A stretch of 64,000 bases of DNA from Acidimicrobiia bacterium (GCA_050741975.1 JBOGET010000065.1:3098-67097), one strand, 5' to 3'; counted from the stretch's first letter, positions 44,217-54,683 are shown. Numbers and translations: made by a program. Notes: a model not told the origin generated them from the letters alone.

Positions 44217-45119
44217 CTACGACCGCTCGGCGTAGCCGGCCGCCGCGGAGAGCACCAGGTGGGCCATTGCGTCCAGGGTGATCCCGTCCCGATCGGACCC
44301 GGCATCGACTTCGACAAAGTCCATCGCCACCACCTTGGGATGACGTGCGCAGCGGCGGACACCTTCGGCCAGGTCCCGGATCCCCATCCCCCCCGGCCGG
44401 GCCCCGGGGCAAGCCGGAGCATGGATCCGGTCCAAGACGTCGATGTCGACGTCGACATGGATCAGGTCGCACCTCGGCGCTACGACGGTGAGGCCGTCCT
44501 CGACAACGGAGCCGATCCCCCGTTGCTCGATGTCCTCGACGGTGAACAAGGTCACACCCTGCTCCTCGCAGTAGGCCCGGTACCGGGCGGAGTTGGCGAA
44601 GGAGTGGATCCCGATCTGGGCCACATGCGCCCCCGGCAGCCCGTCTTCCTCGATCAGACCCCGCACGGGCGTCCCGTTGGTGGGGCCCAGGGACAGGGTG
44701 CGCACGTCATGATGGGCGTCGAACGTGATGAGCCCGACCCGGCTCAGGTCCGCGGCTTGCGAGCGGACCAGCGGCCGGGTGATGGCGTTGTCCCCACCCA
44801 GGTAGAGGGTGAGTGGGACTCGGGCCAGGTCGCCGGCCAGTTGCTCGACAACCTCGGGCATCTGGTGCATGTCCAGCTCGGAAACCGGCCAATTGCCCTC
44901 ATCGCGGATGGTCACATCACGGAAGTCGACGCCCCACTCGCCGTGAAAGGTGGAGAACCGGCTGAGACGGTGGCGCACCTCGAGCGGGGTCAGGTCGGCC
45001 CGAGAAGGAGAGAGCGATGCCTTGGACGACGGGACACCGACCACCAGGACCTCGGGGTCGGGGTGATCTTGGGCCAGCCAGACATCGGCGCGGGGCCAAT
45101 CTGGGTCGTTGATCGCCAT
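44217..45119 (-). CDS. arginase/agmatinase/formimidoylglutamase family hydrolase
   Basis: ORF 44217..45467 trimmed to ATG 45119 (MAINDPDW). Contains GGDNAIT (usually GGDHS), FDAHHD and [10 protein letters not shown]. Confidence 0.8.
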   Translation of the reverse strand: MAINDPDWPRADVWLAQDHPDPEVLVVGVPSSKASLSPSRADLTPLEVRHRLSRFSTFHGEWGVDFRDVTIRDEGNWPVSELDMHQMPEVVEQLAGDLARVPLTLYLGGDNAITRPLVRSQAADLSRVGLITFDAHHDVRTLSLGPTNGTPVRGLIEEDGLPGAHVAQIGIHSFANSARYRAYCEEQGVTLFTVEDIEQRGIGSVVEDGLTVVAPRCDLIHVDVDIDVLDRIHAPACPGARPGGMGIRDLAEGVRRCARHPKVVAMDFVEVDAGSDRDGITLDAMAHLVLSAAAGYAERS

Positions 45120-45769
45120 CAGGGCACCCTCGAGCCCGCAGTCAAGAGGTCGGGCAGGATTGTCATGTCCTCGAAGGGCTCGCCTCCGATGGCGCGCAGC
45201 CCGGCCGGAGGATCGTATCGGGCAAAGGCCAGGGCCCGCATCCCGGCCGCCACCGCGGCCGCCACGCCGGCCGGGCTGTCTTCGACGACCGCGGTTTGTG
45301 CCGGGTCGAAGCCCATTGTCTCGGCCGCATAGAGGAAGAGATCGGGCGCAGGCTTCCCGACGGCGACCTCGGTTGCGGAGAACACCTTGCCCTCGAAGTG
45401 CTTCCAGAGCCCAACGAGCCCGAGGCTGAGCCGGATCCTGTGGTGGGGCCCGCTCGAGGCGACGCACGAGGGAAGGTCGATGCGGTCCAGGGCCTCCATG
45501 ATCCCGGGTACCGGTCGCAGCTCATCTCTGAACGCGGCCTCTATCTCGACGTAGTAGCGGTCGGCGATGTCGGTGGGAAGCGGCGCTCCCAGTCGTTCCC
45601 CGGCAAGACCGATAACCGCCGCCATCGAGCGCCCGCGATAGTCGCGCATCGACTCCTCCACGGTCGTGGGCAGCCCGGCCGAGGTGAGCAACCCGGCCAG
45701 GACTCGGTTGGCGATCGGCTCGGTGTCCACGAGGACTCCGTCGCAATCGAAGATCACGTAATCGGTCAT
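45119..45769 (-). CDS. HAD-superfamily hydrolase (beta-phosphoglucomutase-like subfamily IA)
   Basis: ORF 45119..45805 trimmed to ATG 45769 (MTDYVIFDCDGVLVDTE). Contains GKPAPD and VEDSPAGV, and has a TGATG overlap with the downstream gene. Confidence 0.85.
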   Translation of the reverse strand: MTDYVIFDCDGVLVDTEPIANRVLAGLLTSAGLPTTVEESMRDYRGRSMAAVIGLAGERLGAPLPTDIADRYYVEIEAAFRDELRPVPGIMEALDRIDLPSCVASSGPHHRIRLSLGLVGLWKHFEGKVFSATEVAVGKPAPDLFLYAAETMGFDPAQTAVVEDSPAGVAAAVAAGMRALAFARYDPPAGLRAIGGEPFEDMTILPDLLTAGSRVP

Positions 45770-45913
45770 ACGGCCGACAGCGTATCGACGCCCTACGTCC
45801 GGCACCTTGCCTCCGTCCCTTGATCATGGGCCGGTTGGCCCTATTCACCGAATGCCCCGCAGCCACACAATCACGTTGGGTGGCCGAGGGCCATCCGGAA
45901 GGAGGTGATCTTC

Positions 45914-46255
45914 GTGACAACGCTGAGTGAGCGGTCCAAGGCGGAGGTCACCCGGATGCTGCGACGGTCTCGCATCACCGAGTGGGTGATCGGGATCGTC
46001 GGGGTGCTGACAGCAGGTGTCGGGGCGTCGATGTACTACGTGCCCACCACCTGGTTCCTGGGCGGGCTGGCCGAGGGCTGGTACCTCGGGATGCTCACCG
46101 GGGCCGGGGTGCTGTTGGCGGTCGCATTCGGGCTCTTCGCCCGAGGCATGCTGCGAGAGGATCGGGTCTGGACGATGCGGGTGAACGTGATGACGGTCCT
46201 CGCCGTCTTGGCTGTGGCCGGAGCGGTGACCTTCGGTCTGATCTGGATCCTCTGA
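45914..46255 (+). CDS. small membrane protein (3 TM), unknown function
   Basis: Track ORF 45905..46255. GTG 45914 is preferred because GGAGGTGATC (45901..45910) then sits at SD distance. Hydrophobic spans: VIGIVGVLTAGVGA, GMLTGAGVLLAVAFGLF, VLAVLAVAGAVTFGLIWIL. Confidence 0.6.
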   Translation: MTTLSERSKAEVTRMLRRSRITEWVIGIVGVLTAGVGASMYYVPTTWFLGGLAEGWYLGMLTGAGVLLAVAFGLFARGMLREDRVWTMRVNVMTVLAVLAVAGAVTFGLIWIL

Positions 46256-46270
46256 ACGGCATGTGATGGA

Positions 46271-46303
46271 AGCCGGGGCCCTCGGCCCAAGAGGGCCCCG
46301 GCT
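46271..46303. terminator. hairpin AGCCGGGGCCCTC-ggcccaa-GAGGGCCCCGGCT
   Basis: Perfect 13-bp stem located 16 nt after the stop at 46255. Confidence 0.6.
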
Positions 46304-46322
46304 CCGCGTCAGGAGGTGATCG

Positions 46323-46484
46323 ATGTACACCGGATACGGACTAGTCATGGGTGGGGCCCTTGGGCTCTTGGTGGGGACGATGCTGACGACCGAGCTGTGG
46401 ATCGCCCTATTGATCGGAGCTGGTGTCGGGCTCGTCGTCGGCGCCATCGTCGACGCGCAGCGATCGAAGGACGAACAGCGCTAG
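46323..46484 (+). CDS. 53-aa glycine-zipper-like small membrane protein (below the ORF-track size cut-off)
   Basis: My translation: MYTGYGLVMGGALGLLVGTMLTTELWIALLIGAGVGLVVGAIVDAQRSKDEQR*. AGGAGGTGATCG lies immediately before the ATG. Confidence 0.55.
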   Translation: MYTGYGLVMGGALGLLVGTMLTTELWIALLIGAGVGLVVGAIVDAQRSKDEQR

Positions 46485-46508
46485 ACGCGGTCGAAAGAGG
46501 CAAACCCG

Positions 46509-46542
46509 ATGCAGGGCGTCACGCATGCGGGACGCCCTGCAT
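46509..46542. terminator. hairpin ATGCAGGGCGTC-acgcatgcgg-GACGCCCTGCAT between the convergent sORF and hutU
   Basis: Perfect 12-bp stem. Confidence 0.6.
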
Positions 46543-46554
46543 TAGGAACGCGGT

Positions 46555-48210
46555 TCACAGCATGGGGATGTCGACGCCCCGCTCCCGCGCCACGCGTTTG
46601 GCGATCTCGTAGCCGGCGTCGGCGTGACGCATCACGCCGGTGCCGGGGTCGTTGGTGAGGACGCGTTCGACGCGGAAGGCACCCTGCTCGGTGCCGTCTG
46701 CCACCACCTGGGCGCCGGCGTGGATCGAGTTGCCGATCCCCACCCCGCCACCGTGATGGACCGCTACCCAGGCCGCACCCGACGAGACATTGAGCATGGC
46801 ATTGAGGATCGGCCAATCGGCAACGGCGTCGGAGCCGTCGATCATGGCCTCCGTCTCCCGATACGGCGAGGCCACCGAGCCCGAGTCGAGATGGTCCCGC
46901 CCGATCACGATGGGGGCCGAGACCTCTCCGGCAGCCACCAGATCGTTGAAGCGGAGCCCGGCAAGATGCCTCTCCCCGTAGGAGAGCCAGCAGATCCGGG
47001 CGGGCAGACCCTGGAAATGGACCTTCTCCACGGCCAGCCGCAGCCATCGATGGAGTGACTCGTTCTCGGGGAACAGCTCGGCGATGGCCTGATCGGTGAC
47101 GGCGATGTCGGCCGGGTCGCCGCCGAGAGCCACCCAACGAAACGGGCCAGAGCCCTCGCAGAACAGTGGGCGGATGTAGGCAGGCACGAACCCCGGATAT
47201 GAGAAGGCGTCCCGATAACCGGCGGTGAGCGCCTCGCCCCGCAGGTTGTTCCCGTAGTCGAAGGTCTCCGCCCCTGCGGTCTGGAAGCCCACCATGGCCT
47301 CACAGTGGGTGGCCATCGATTCCCGCGCCTTCTTGATATAGGTGTCGGGATCGTCCTCCCGGAGACTTCGCGCCTCGTCGAGGGTGTGCCCGGCAGGCAC
47401 ATAGCCGTAGAGCGGGTCGTGAGCCGAGGTCTGGTCGGTGACGATGTCGGCGTCCAGACCCATCGCCAGCAGGCGGGGGAACACTTCGGCTGCGTTCCCA
47501 CGGAGCCCGATCGACACTGCCTCCCGGCTCTGCTTCGCCTCAATGGCACGCCCCACCGCCAGGTCGATGTCGTCGTAACTCTCGTCGAGATACCCGGTCT
47601 CCAGCCGGCGCTCGATGCGATGGGGGTCGACCTCGACACAGAGGGCCACCCCTCCGTTCATGGTGACGGCCAGGGGCTGGGCGCCGCCCATGCCGCCCAG
47701 ACCGGCAGTGAGGGTTAGTGTGCCGGCGAGGGTCCCTCCAAACCTCTGCTCGGCGATGGCGGCGAAGGTCTGAAATGTCCCCTGGAGGATGCCCTGGGTC
47801 CCGATGTAGATCCACGACCCGTCAGTCATCTGCCCGTACATCATCAGACCCTCGGCCTCCAGCTCCCAGAAATGCTCGAGGGTGGCCCATCGGGGGACGA
47901 GGAGGCTGTTGGCGATGAGCACCCGAGGCGCCATCTCGTGGGTGCGGAAGACTCCCACCGGCTTGCCCGACTGCACGAGGAGGGTCTCGTCGTCGGCGAG
48001 CCGCTCCAGGGTGCGGACGATGGCTTGGAGACTCTCGAGATTCCGCGCCGCTTTGCCCCGACCCCCGTAGACGATCAGGTGCTCCGGGTCCTCGGCCACC
48101 TCCGGGTCGAGGTTGTTCAGAAGACAGCGCAGGGCGGCCTCCTGAAGCCAGCCGTGGGTGTTGAGCTCGGAGCCGTGGGGTGCCCGCAACGGGAAATCGA
48201 GGTCCAGCAT
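46555..48210 (-). CDS. hutU: urocanate hydratase
   Basis: ORF 46555..48393 trimmed to ATG 48210 ([21 protein letters not shown]). Contains [22 protein letters not shown] and [10 protein letters not shown]. Confidence 0.95.
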   Translation of the reverse strand: MLDLDFPLRAPHGSELNTHGWLQEAALRCLLNNLDPEVAEDPEHLIVYGGRGKAARNLESLQAIVRTLERLADDETLLVQSGKPVGVFRTHEMAPRVLIANSLLVPRWATLEHFWELEAEGLMMYGQMTDGSWIYIGTQGILQGTFQTFAAIAEQRFGGTLAGTLTLTAGLGGMGGAQPLAVTMNGGVALCVEVDPHRIERRLETGYLDESYDDIDLAVGRAIEAKQSREAVSIGLRGNAAEVFPRLLAMGLDADIVTDQTSAHDPLYGYVPAGHTLDEARSLREDDPDTYIKKARESMATHCEAMVGFQTAGAETFDYGNNLRGEALTAGYRDAFSYPGFVPAYIRPLFCEGSGPFRWVALGGDPADIAVTDQAIAELFPENESLHRWLRLAVEKVHFQGLPARICWLSYGERHLAGLRFNDLVAAGEVSAPIVIGRDHLDSGSVASPYRETEAMIDGSDAVADWPILNAMLNVSSGAAWVAVHHGGGVGIGNSIHAGAQVVADGTEQGAFRVERVLTNDPGTGVMRHADAGYEIAKRVARERGVDIPML

Positions 48211-48235
48211 CGAGACATCGAGCCTACAACGGCCC

Positions 48236-49045
48236 CTATTTGCGGAGAAGACCGTCGAGCCGGCGGGAGGCGATGCGGTACCCGGCCAGGCCCATGACGA
48301 CGAGGAAGGCGATGTGGCCGAGCAGGGACCAGTCGAAGACCCCGAGGGAGAAGGCCCGGAGCATCTCCGTGCCGTGGTAGAGAGGGGAGACACGGGTGAT
48401 CTGTTGGATGACCGGTGGGTAGACGTCGAGCGGGTAGAAGGTGGCCGAGAAGAGGAACAGGGGCATGGTGACCAGCGTCACCAGGTCGAAGTCCTGCCAC
48501 GACCGCATGTAGGTGCAGGCGGCGAGACCGACCGAGCCGAACGCGAAGCCGATCAGGACCGCCCCCGGGACGGTGAGGAGTGCCCACCAGGTGCTGGTGA
48601 GACCCATCACCACCATGACCACGAGGAAGGCGAGCGAGTAGAGGGCGCCCCGAAACAGGGCCCACCCGATCTCGCCGATGGCGATATCCCCGGGGTTCAT
48701 CGGTGTGGTGAGGATCCCCTCGTAGACGTTGCCGAACTTGAGCTTGAAGAAGATGTTGAAAGTCGTCTCCAGCACCGACCCGTTCATCGCCGAGGTCGCC
48801 ATCAGGGCCGGCGCCACGAAAGCTGTGTAGTCGACGGGGACGCCACCCGGGCCGGTGACCTCGGAGACGAGGGCACCGAGCCCGATCCCGATCGAGAGCA
48901 GGTAGAAGACCGGCTCGAGGAAACCGGTGACGATGATCTTCCACAGACGCCGGTAAACCAGGCAGTTCCGCTCCCAGATCCGCTGGGCGCGGAACGGGGT
49001 CATCCGGCCAGGTCGGGTGAGCCGGCTCGGGGAGGAGACGCTCAC
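48236..49045 (-). CDS. ABC-2 permease (DrrC/NodJ-like)
   Basis: Composite ORF 48236..49810 trimmed to GTG 49045 (GTGA overlap with the upstream stop). The alternative is ATG 49003 ([13 protein letters not shown]). Confidence 0.8.
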   Translation of the reverse strand: MSVSSPSRLTRPGRMTPFRAQRIWERNCLVYRRLWKIIVTGFLEPVFYLLSIGIGLGALVSEVTGPGGVPVDYTAFVAPALMATSAMNGSVLETTFNIFFKLKFGNVYEGILTTPMNPGDIAIGEIGWALFRGALYSLAFLVVMVVMGLTSTWWALLTVPGAVLIGFAFGSVGLAACTYMRSWQDFDLVTLVTMPLFLFSATFYPLDVYPPVIQQITRVSPLYHGTEMLRAFSLGVFDWSLLGHIAFLVVMGLAGYRIASRRLDGLLRK

Positions 49046-49830
49046 GGCATCAACCTCCGCGCGAGAAACCGTGAGGCGAGGAACAGGCCAAGGGCAGTCA
49101 TCACGACCAGGTAGGCGACATGGGCCCATATGGGGAGGTCGGTCACCACCGAGGCGTCGATCTCGGGCAGTGCGATCTTGCGCACCAATTCGACTCCGTG
49201 GAAGAGCGGGGTGACATAGGCGATGCCCTGGAGGAAGTCGGGCAACTGGCTTATCGGGAAGAACGTCCCGGAGAAGAGGAACAGGGGGATGATCCCGAAC
49301 CGGAACAACGTGGAGAGACTCGTCTCGTCTTCCCGGGTGACGGTGAAAGCAGTGACCACGGTCTGAAACGCGAGCCCGGTCAGAACGCCGGGGGCCATGG
49401 CGAGGAGGGCAGGCCCGACCTCCAGTGCGCCGAAGAGGACGGAGATCACCGCAAAGACGAGAAGGACGAAAGTGAGGCGGATCGCGCCCCACACCACGCT
49501 GCCCAGGACGATGTCCCGCGGTCCGAGGGGAGTGGTGATCGCGCCGTGATACCCCTTGCGCCACTTGATCCCCGCCATCACCGGCCAGGCACCTTCCCCC
49601 GCCGAGGTCTGCATCGCGGTGGCGGCCATGAGACCGGTGGCGACGAAGGCGAGATAGGGGATGGCCAGGTCGTTGGGACCGGAGTCGACGAGTGTGCCGA
49701 GGCCCAGGCCCATCGCGGAGAGGAAGAGCACCGGGTTGACGAATGAGGAGATGACAGTGCCTCGCCAGGTTCGCCGGTAGCCGACGATCTCGGATTCCAC
49801 CCAGCGCCACGATCTGGTCAGAGTGGACAT
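49042..49830 (-). CDS. ABC-2 permease (DrrB/NodJ-like)
   Basis: 262 aa with 6 hydrophobic spans. Its start overlaps the ATPase stop. Confidence 0.85.
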   Translation of the reverse strand: MSTLTRSWRWVESEIVGYRRTWRGTVISSFVNPVLFLSAMGLGLGTLVDSGPNDLAIPYLAFVATGLMAATAMQTSAGEGAWPVMAGIKWRKGYHGAITTPLGPRDIVLGSVVWGAIRLTFVLLVFAVISVLFGALEVGPALLAMAPGVLTGLAFQTVVTAFTVTREDETSLSTLFRFGIIPLFLFSGTFFPISQLPDFLQGIAYVTPLFHGVELVRKIALPEIDASVVTDLPIWAHVAYLVVMTALGLFLASRFLARRLMP

Positions 49831-50756
49831 CAGTCGATCAGGCTCCGTCCGGTGAGACGGAGGAAGACGTCCTCCAGGGTCGACCTCCTCACCAGGACCT
49901 GCTCAGGATGGATGTCTCGGACCGTCAACTGGTGCTGAGTGGCCTCGGCGTCGTCGGTGTAGAGGATCACCCGGTCGGCCAGTATCTCTGATCGGGTGGC
50001 CACGTCCTCGAGATGCAGGGCCACTTCGTCGATGAGCCCGTCGGCGAAACGAAGCTCGACCACCTCCCGCGGGGCGTGCTCGGCGATGAGCTCGCGGGGC
50101 GAACCCTCGGCCACGATCTTTCCCTTGTCCATGACCACCAACCGGTCGCATAGCTGCTCGGCCTCGTCCATGTAATGGGTGGTGATGATGAGCGTCGCCC
50201 CCTCTCGTTTCAAGCGATAGAGACGGTCCCAGAGCAGGTGCCTGGCCTGAGGGTCGAGACCGGTGGTCGGCTCGTCGAGGATGACCAGGTCGGGGTCGTT
50301 GATCAGGGCCCGAGCGATGATGAGACGTCGCTTCATCCCCCCCGACAGCGGTTCCACCTGGGATGTGGCCCTATCGGAGAGCTGGGCGAACTCGAGCAGC
50401 TCCTCGGTCCGCTCCCGGATCCGGGCCCGGTCCATGTCGTGGTAGCGGCCGTACACATAGAGGTTCTCGGCCACGGTCAACTCGAGGTCGAGATTGTCCT
50501 CCTGCGGCACGACGCCGAGACGTTGCCTGATCTGCCGACCCTGGGTCGCCGGATCGAGGCCGAAGACGCTGAGCTTGCCATCGGTGATGGGGCTCACCGT
50601 GGAGATCATCTTCATGGTGGACGTCTTGCCCGCCCCGTTGGGGCCGAGAAAGCCGAACGCCTCGCCCTGGGCTATGTCGAAGTCGACGGCGTCCACCGCC
50701 AGGAAGTCGCCGAATCTCTTGGTCAGGCCCCGGGCCCGGACGAGGGGTTCCGCCAT
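49830..50756 (-). CDS. ABC transporter ATP-binding protein (DrrA/NodI-like)
   Basis: ORF 49830..50981 trimmed to ATG 50756 (MAEPLVRARGLTKRFG). Contains GPNGAGKTS, LSGGMKRR and VILDEPTTG. Confidence 0.9.
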   Translation of the reverse strand: MAEPLVRARGLTKRFGDFLAVDAVDFDIAQGEAFGFLGPNGAGKTSTMKMISTVSPITDGKLSVFGLDPATQGRQIRQRLGVVPQEDNLDLELTVAENLYVYGRYHDMDRARIRERTEELLEFAQLSDRATSQVEPLSGGMKRRLIIARALINDPDLVILDEPTTGLDPQARHLLWDRLYRLKREGATLIITTHYMDEAEQLCDRLVVMDKGKIVAEGSPRELIAEHAPREVVELRFADGLIDEVALHLEDVATRSEILADRVILYTDDAEATQHQLTVRDIHPEQVLVRRSTLEDVFLRLTGRSLID

Positions 50757-50809
50757 GACCAGTCGACGGTAGTGGTGTCGCCGGGATGTTCGAGCAGAGT
50801 CACCGGCGG

Positions 50810-51304
50810 CTAGTAGTGCTGGTACCGGACCACGCTCTCGGCCGGCTTCCGCCCGCCGAAGCGACGGGGTGCGGCCTGCTCCCCGGGGTAGCCGAGGGCC
50901 ACGGCATAGCGGGTCTCGGGCCCTTCCGGGGCGCCGAGAAAGCGCCGCGCCTCGGCATATCGATGCAGGGTGATGGGACATGAGGCGACACCGATCGCTT
51001 TGGCGGCCAGCATGATGTTCTGCGCCGCCCGGCCGATGTCGAACATGTTTCCCCCCGCCTCCTTGACCAGGACGATGGCGGCGGCAGCGCCACGGATCGG
51101 GTCGGTGTAGTCGCCGTGCTCGGCCAGACCCTGCAGTCGCTCACCGGTGACCACGATGAACGACCAGTCCTGGCTGTTCTTCGAGCTCCCGGTCCAACGA
51201 GCCGCCTGGAGGATGGCCTCGAGATGCTGCTCGGACAGTGGCTCGGCCCGGAAGCTGCGAATGGCGCGCAGCTTGACGATGGAGTCGTATAAGTCGCTCA
51301 TCAC
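50810..51304 (-). CDS. nitroreductase family protein
   Basis: 164 aa: LRAIRSFRAEPLSEQHLEAILQAARWTGSSKNSQDW. Confidence 0.85.
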   Translation of the reverse strand: MMSDLYDSIVKLRAIRSFRAEPLSEQHLEAILQAARWTGSSKNSQDWSFIVVTGERLQGLAEHGDYTDPIRGAAAAIVLVKEAGGNMFDIGRAAQNIMLAAKAIGVASCPITLHRYAEARRFLGAPEGPETRYAVALGYPGEQAAPRRFGGRKPAESVVRYQHY

Positions 51305-51311
51305 GCCGAGA

Positions 51312-51785
51312 CTAAGGGCTCGGTCTGGGGTAGAGGATAAGCTGGGTGCAGCGGTAGAGGGCGAGCTTCATCCCTGTCTCCTCGGCGCTGACCACGACGT
51401 CCCAGACCTGGGTGGTGCGCCCGGCGTGGGCCAGAGCGCCGTCGGCGACCAGGGCCCCCTCGAGCATGGTGCCCACATGGTTCGACTTGAGCTCGATAGT
51501 GGTGAACCCGATGCCGCCCTCGGGGAGATTGGCCACACAGCCGTATCCGGCGGTGGTATCGGCGAGGGCGACCACCGATGCCGCGTGCAGGTACCCGTTG
51601 GAGGCGAGATGCTTATGTTCGACCACACAGCGCATCCTCGCGGTGCCCTCGCCGAGCTCGAGCAGTTCGATCCCGAGCAGACCGGGTAGACGTGGTGCGC
51701 CAAGTTCTTCGAGAAAAGCGACCAGGTCTCTCTTGTCCTTGGGGAAGAAGGGGATCTCGGGCATGAAGCGGAGGACCATACCCAT
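51312..51785 (-). CDS. PaaI-family hotdog-fold thioesterase
   Basis: ORF 51312..52001 trimmed to ATG 51785 (MGMVLRF). Contains NGYLHAASVVALADTTAGYG. Confidence 0.8.
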   Translation of the reverse strand: MGMVLRFMPEIPFFPKDKRDLVAFLEELGAPRLPGLLGIELLELGEGTARMRCVVEHKHLASNGYLHAASVVALADTTAGYGCVANLPEGGIGFTTIELKSNHVGTMLEGALVADGALAHAGRTTQVWDVVVSAEETGMKLALYRCTQLILYPRPSP

Positions 51786-51852
51786 GGCTGAGACGGTCGA
51801 CTGCGATTCGATAGGTTGACTCCGATCAACATCGAGACAGGAGTCGATCCAG

Positions 51853-52572
51853 ATGCCCACGCCCCACATCTCCGCCGAGAAAGGCGACTTCGCCCCGTCG
51901 ATCCTGCTCCCCGGAGACCCGCTGCGGGCCAAGCACATCGCCGACAACTTCCTCGACGACGTGAAGCAGGTCAACGACGTGCGCAACATGCTCGGGTTCA
52001 CCGGGAGCTACCAGGGGGTCCCGATCTCGGTGATGGGCACGGGCATGGGCATACCGTCGGCCGCGATCTACGCCACCGAGTTGATCACCGAGTACGGGGT
52101 GGAGCGTCTGATCCGGGTCGGGTCCTGTGGGGGCATCCTTCGCTCTGTTGCGATCCGGGATGTGATCCTGGCCATCGGAGCCTGCACCGACTCGGGCGTG
52201 AACCGGATGCGGTACGGGGGACACGACTTCGCGGCAACTGCCGACTTCGGGCTGCTGCGCGCCGCCGCCGCGGCGGCCGAGGCCAAGGGGATCCAGGTCA
52301 AGGTGGGCAACGTCCACTCCGCCGACCTCTTCTACAACCCCGACCCAGAAGCATTCGACCGGATGGAGGCGATGGGGGTGCTGGCGGTGGAGATGGAGGC
52401 GGCGGGTCTCTACGGGGTGGCGGCGGAGAGAGGGGGAAGGGCTCTCACCATCGCTACCGTCTCCGACCACGTCCGCACCGGAGCCTCGACCACATCGGAG
52501 GAGCGCGAGCAGACCTTTCAGGACATGGTGGTGATCGCCCTGGAGACGGTCCGGACCGACGTGTCTGGATAG
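51853..52572 (+). CDS. deoD: purine-nucleoside phosphorylase, DeoD type
   Basis: 239 aa: [44 protein letters not shown]. Confidence 0.95.
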   Translation: MPTPHISAEKGDFAPSILLPGDPLRAKHIADNFLDDVKQVNDVRNMLGFTGSYQGVPISVMGTGMGIPSAAIYATELITEYGVERLIRVGSCGGILRSVAIRDVILAIGACTDSGVNRMRYGGHDFAATADFGLLRAAAAAAEAKGIQVKVGNVHSADLFYNPDPEAFDRMEAMGVLAVEMEAAGLYGVAAERGGRALTIATVSDHVRTGASTTSEEREQTFQDMVVIALETVRTDVSG

Positions 52573-52669
52573 GAACTCCTCACTCTGCCCGGCAGGGGGT
52601 AACCCCGTCTCGCTACCTTGGGTCTGACTACCGATGTCGACACCCGGCATCCAGTAATTGGGAGGAGAA

Positions 52670-54049
52670 ATGACCGACACCGTCGATCGGACGGAGTCGA
52701 GAGGATCGGGGGGGTCCGGTCTCGATTCCTACTTCAGGCTCACCGAGCGAGGCACTTCTGTAGGCACCGAGGTACGTGCCGGGGTGACCACCTTCCTGGT
52801 GATGTCGTACATCGTCTTCGTCAACCCGGGGATCCTCGCTGCTGCCGGCTTCGACGCCCCAGCGGTGGCCGCCGGCACAGCCCTGGTCGCCGGACTGCTC
52901 TGCATCCTGATGGGGGTGGTGGCCAACTACCCGATTGCGATGGCCGCCGGTCTCGGGATCAACGGCGCAGTCGCCTTCGGCCTGGTCCTCGGCGACGGGC
53001 TGACCCCGGCCGGGGCGATGGGGGTGATCGTGCTCGAGGGCCTGATCGTGCTAGCCCTGGTCCTGGTCGGGTTGCGGGAGGCGATCATGAACGCGGTGCC
53101 GCTCGCCCTGAAACGGGCGATCGGTGTGGGGATCGGGCTCTTCATCCTGTTCATCGGTTTCGTCGATGGTGGCCTGATCGGGCACGCCGATCCCGAGGGA
53201 CCGGTCCCGGTGGCCTTCATCTTCCCCAACACCATGGGCGCCTGGCTGACGCTGATCGGGCTCCTCATCACGGTGATCCTGTTCGTGAGGAAGGTGCCCG
53301 GCGCCCTGGTGTTGAGCATCCTGCTCACCGCTGTCATCGGGCTGATCATCGGTTTCGCCACATTCCCCGATCCATTCGTGGTGACCCCGAGCTTCGCCAC
53401 CCTGGGCGACTTCGACCTGGGCAACGTGTTCACGACACTCGGGTTCGTCGCCGCGGCGCTGACCATCTTCAGCTTCATGCTCACCGACTTCTTCGACACC
53501 ATCGGCACCGCCACCGCCATCGTCGAGCAGGCCGATCTCGCCGAGGAGGACGGGAGCATCCCGGGTGTGGGCAAGTTGCTGCTCGTCGACTCGTTGGGCG
53601 CGGCTGCCGGTGGCGCAGCCGGAGTCAGCTCCAACACCAGCTACATCGAGAGCGCGGCCGGGGTGGCCGAGGGGGGCCGCACCGGGCTCACCTCGGTGGT
53701 GGTCGGGATCCTGTTCCTCTTGGCCGTGTTCGTGACGCCCCTGGCCCAGGTCATCCCACTGCAGGCCACCGCCCCGGTGCTGATTCTGGTCGGCTTCCTC
53801 ATGACTCATCTGATCAAGGGGATCGACTTCGAAGATGTGGAGGAAGGGTTCCCCGCCCTCCTCACCATCATCCTCATGCCCCTCACCTTCAGCATCACCG
53901 TCGGCATCGGCGCCGGCTTCGTGATGTACGTGCTGGTCAAGGTGGTGAAAGGCAAGACGGCCGATATCCATCCGCTGATGTGGGTGGTCGCCGTCGCATT
54001 CCTGATCTACTTCGGTCAGGCGGTGCTGGGCCAGGCGATCTCGGCCTGA
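52670..54049 (+). CDS. NCS2 (AzgA-type) purine permease
   Basis: ORF 52658..54049 trimmed to ATG 52670, with GGGAGGAG upstream. Contains YFRLTERGTSVGTEVRAGVTTFLVMSYIVFVNP and SNTSYIESAAGV. Confidence 0.9.
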   Translation: MTDTVDRTESRGSGGSGLDSYFRLTERGTSVGTEVRAGVTTFLVMSYIVFVNPGILAAAGFDAPAVAAGTALVAGLLCILMGVVANYPIAMAAGLGINGAVAFGLVLGDGLTPAGAMGVIVLEGLIVLALVLVGLREAIMNAVPLALKRAIGVGIGLFILFIGFVDGGLIGHADPEGPVPVAFIFPNTMGAWLTLIGLLITVILFVRKVPGALVLSILLTAVIGLIIGFATFPDPFVVTPSFATLGDFDLGNVFTTLGFVAAALTIFSFMLTDFFDTIGTATAIVEQADLAEEDGSIPGVGKLLLVDSLGAAAGGAAGVSSNTSYIESAAGVAEGGRTGLTSVVVGILFLLAVFVTPLAQVIPLQATAPVLILVGFLMTHLIKGIDFEDVEEGFPALLTIILMPLTFSITVGIGAGFVMYVLVKVVKGKTADIHPLMWVVAVAFLIYFGQAVLGQAISA

Positions 54050-54066
54050 CCGGCATCGAGCTCGAT

Positions 54067-54095
54067 GAAGGGCCCGGTGGGGAGCCGGGCCCTTC
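54067..54095. terminator. hairpin GAAGGGCCCGG-tggggag-CCGGGCCCTTC between the convergent permease and TetR genes
   Basis: Perfect 11-bp stem. Confidence 0.6.
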
Positions 54096-54104
54096 GTCAT
54101 GGCC

Positions 54105-54683
54105 TCACGGTGTGAAGTAGGCCTGGATGCGCGGGGCGAGGGTGTCCACGAGCCGCTCCACAGGCACGTCGCGCAACGGGGGAAAGCCGATCACATAGCG
54201 GAGCACAGCCACCCCGAGCAGGTGGGAGACGGCAAGGGACACCCTCAGCTCGGTGTCGGGTCCGCCGATCCGGGGCGCCACCCGCCCCAGCATCGCCGTG
54301 CCGAAGAACTCTCGCAGCACCGCGGCCCCTTGCTCGGTGCTGAACGCCCCCCGCAGCATGGCGAGCAGCGGGTCCCGGGTCTCGGGGTCCTCCCACACCG
54401 TGAAGAACAGGCCGGTGATGTTCTTCCCCGCCGACTCGGGACCGGAGGCAAGGACCACATCTGCGATCTCGGCCGGGCGGAGGGGCAGGTCCACGGAGGC
54501 GGCGAAAAGGTCGTCCTTGGCCCCGAAGTAGTGATGAACCAGGGCCGGGTCGACTCCCGCTTCGGCGGCGATGCCGCGAATGGTCGCCCGGTGAAAGCCC
54601 TTGGCCCCGAACTCGGAGCGGGCCGCCGTCAGGATGCTCCCCTTGGTGTCGGCCCCACCGGGACGACGACCGGTGCGCCCCAT
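54105..54683 (-). CDS. TetR/AcrR family transcriptional regulator
   Basis: 192 aa with HTH ILTAARSEFGAKGFHRATIRGIAAEAGVDPALVHHYFGAK. It is the last gene of the ABC operon and overlaps the upstream stop by 1 nt. Confidence 0.9.
   Translation of the reverse strand: MGRTGRRPGGADTKGSILTAARSEFGAKGFHRATIRGIAAEAGVDPALVHHYFGAKDDLFAASVDLPLRPAEIADVVLASGPESAGKNITGLFFTVWEDPETRDPLLAMLRGAFSTEQGAAVLREFFGTAMLGRVAPRIGGPDTELRVSLAVSHLLGVAVLRYVIGFPPLRDVPVERLVDTLAPRIQAYFTP

Noticed and set aside
52573-52669. Purine riboswitch upstream of the NCS2 purine permease
   Set aside because: CUACC and GACUAC-like strings are present, but there is no room for the P2/P3 hairpins and the conserved loop sequences (UAUAAU, GGAUAUGG, CCGUAAAU) are absent.
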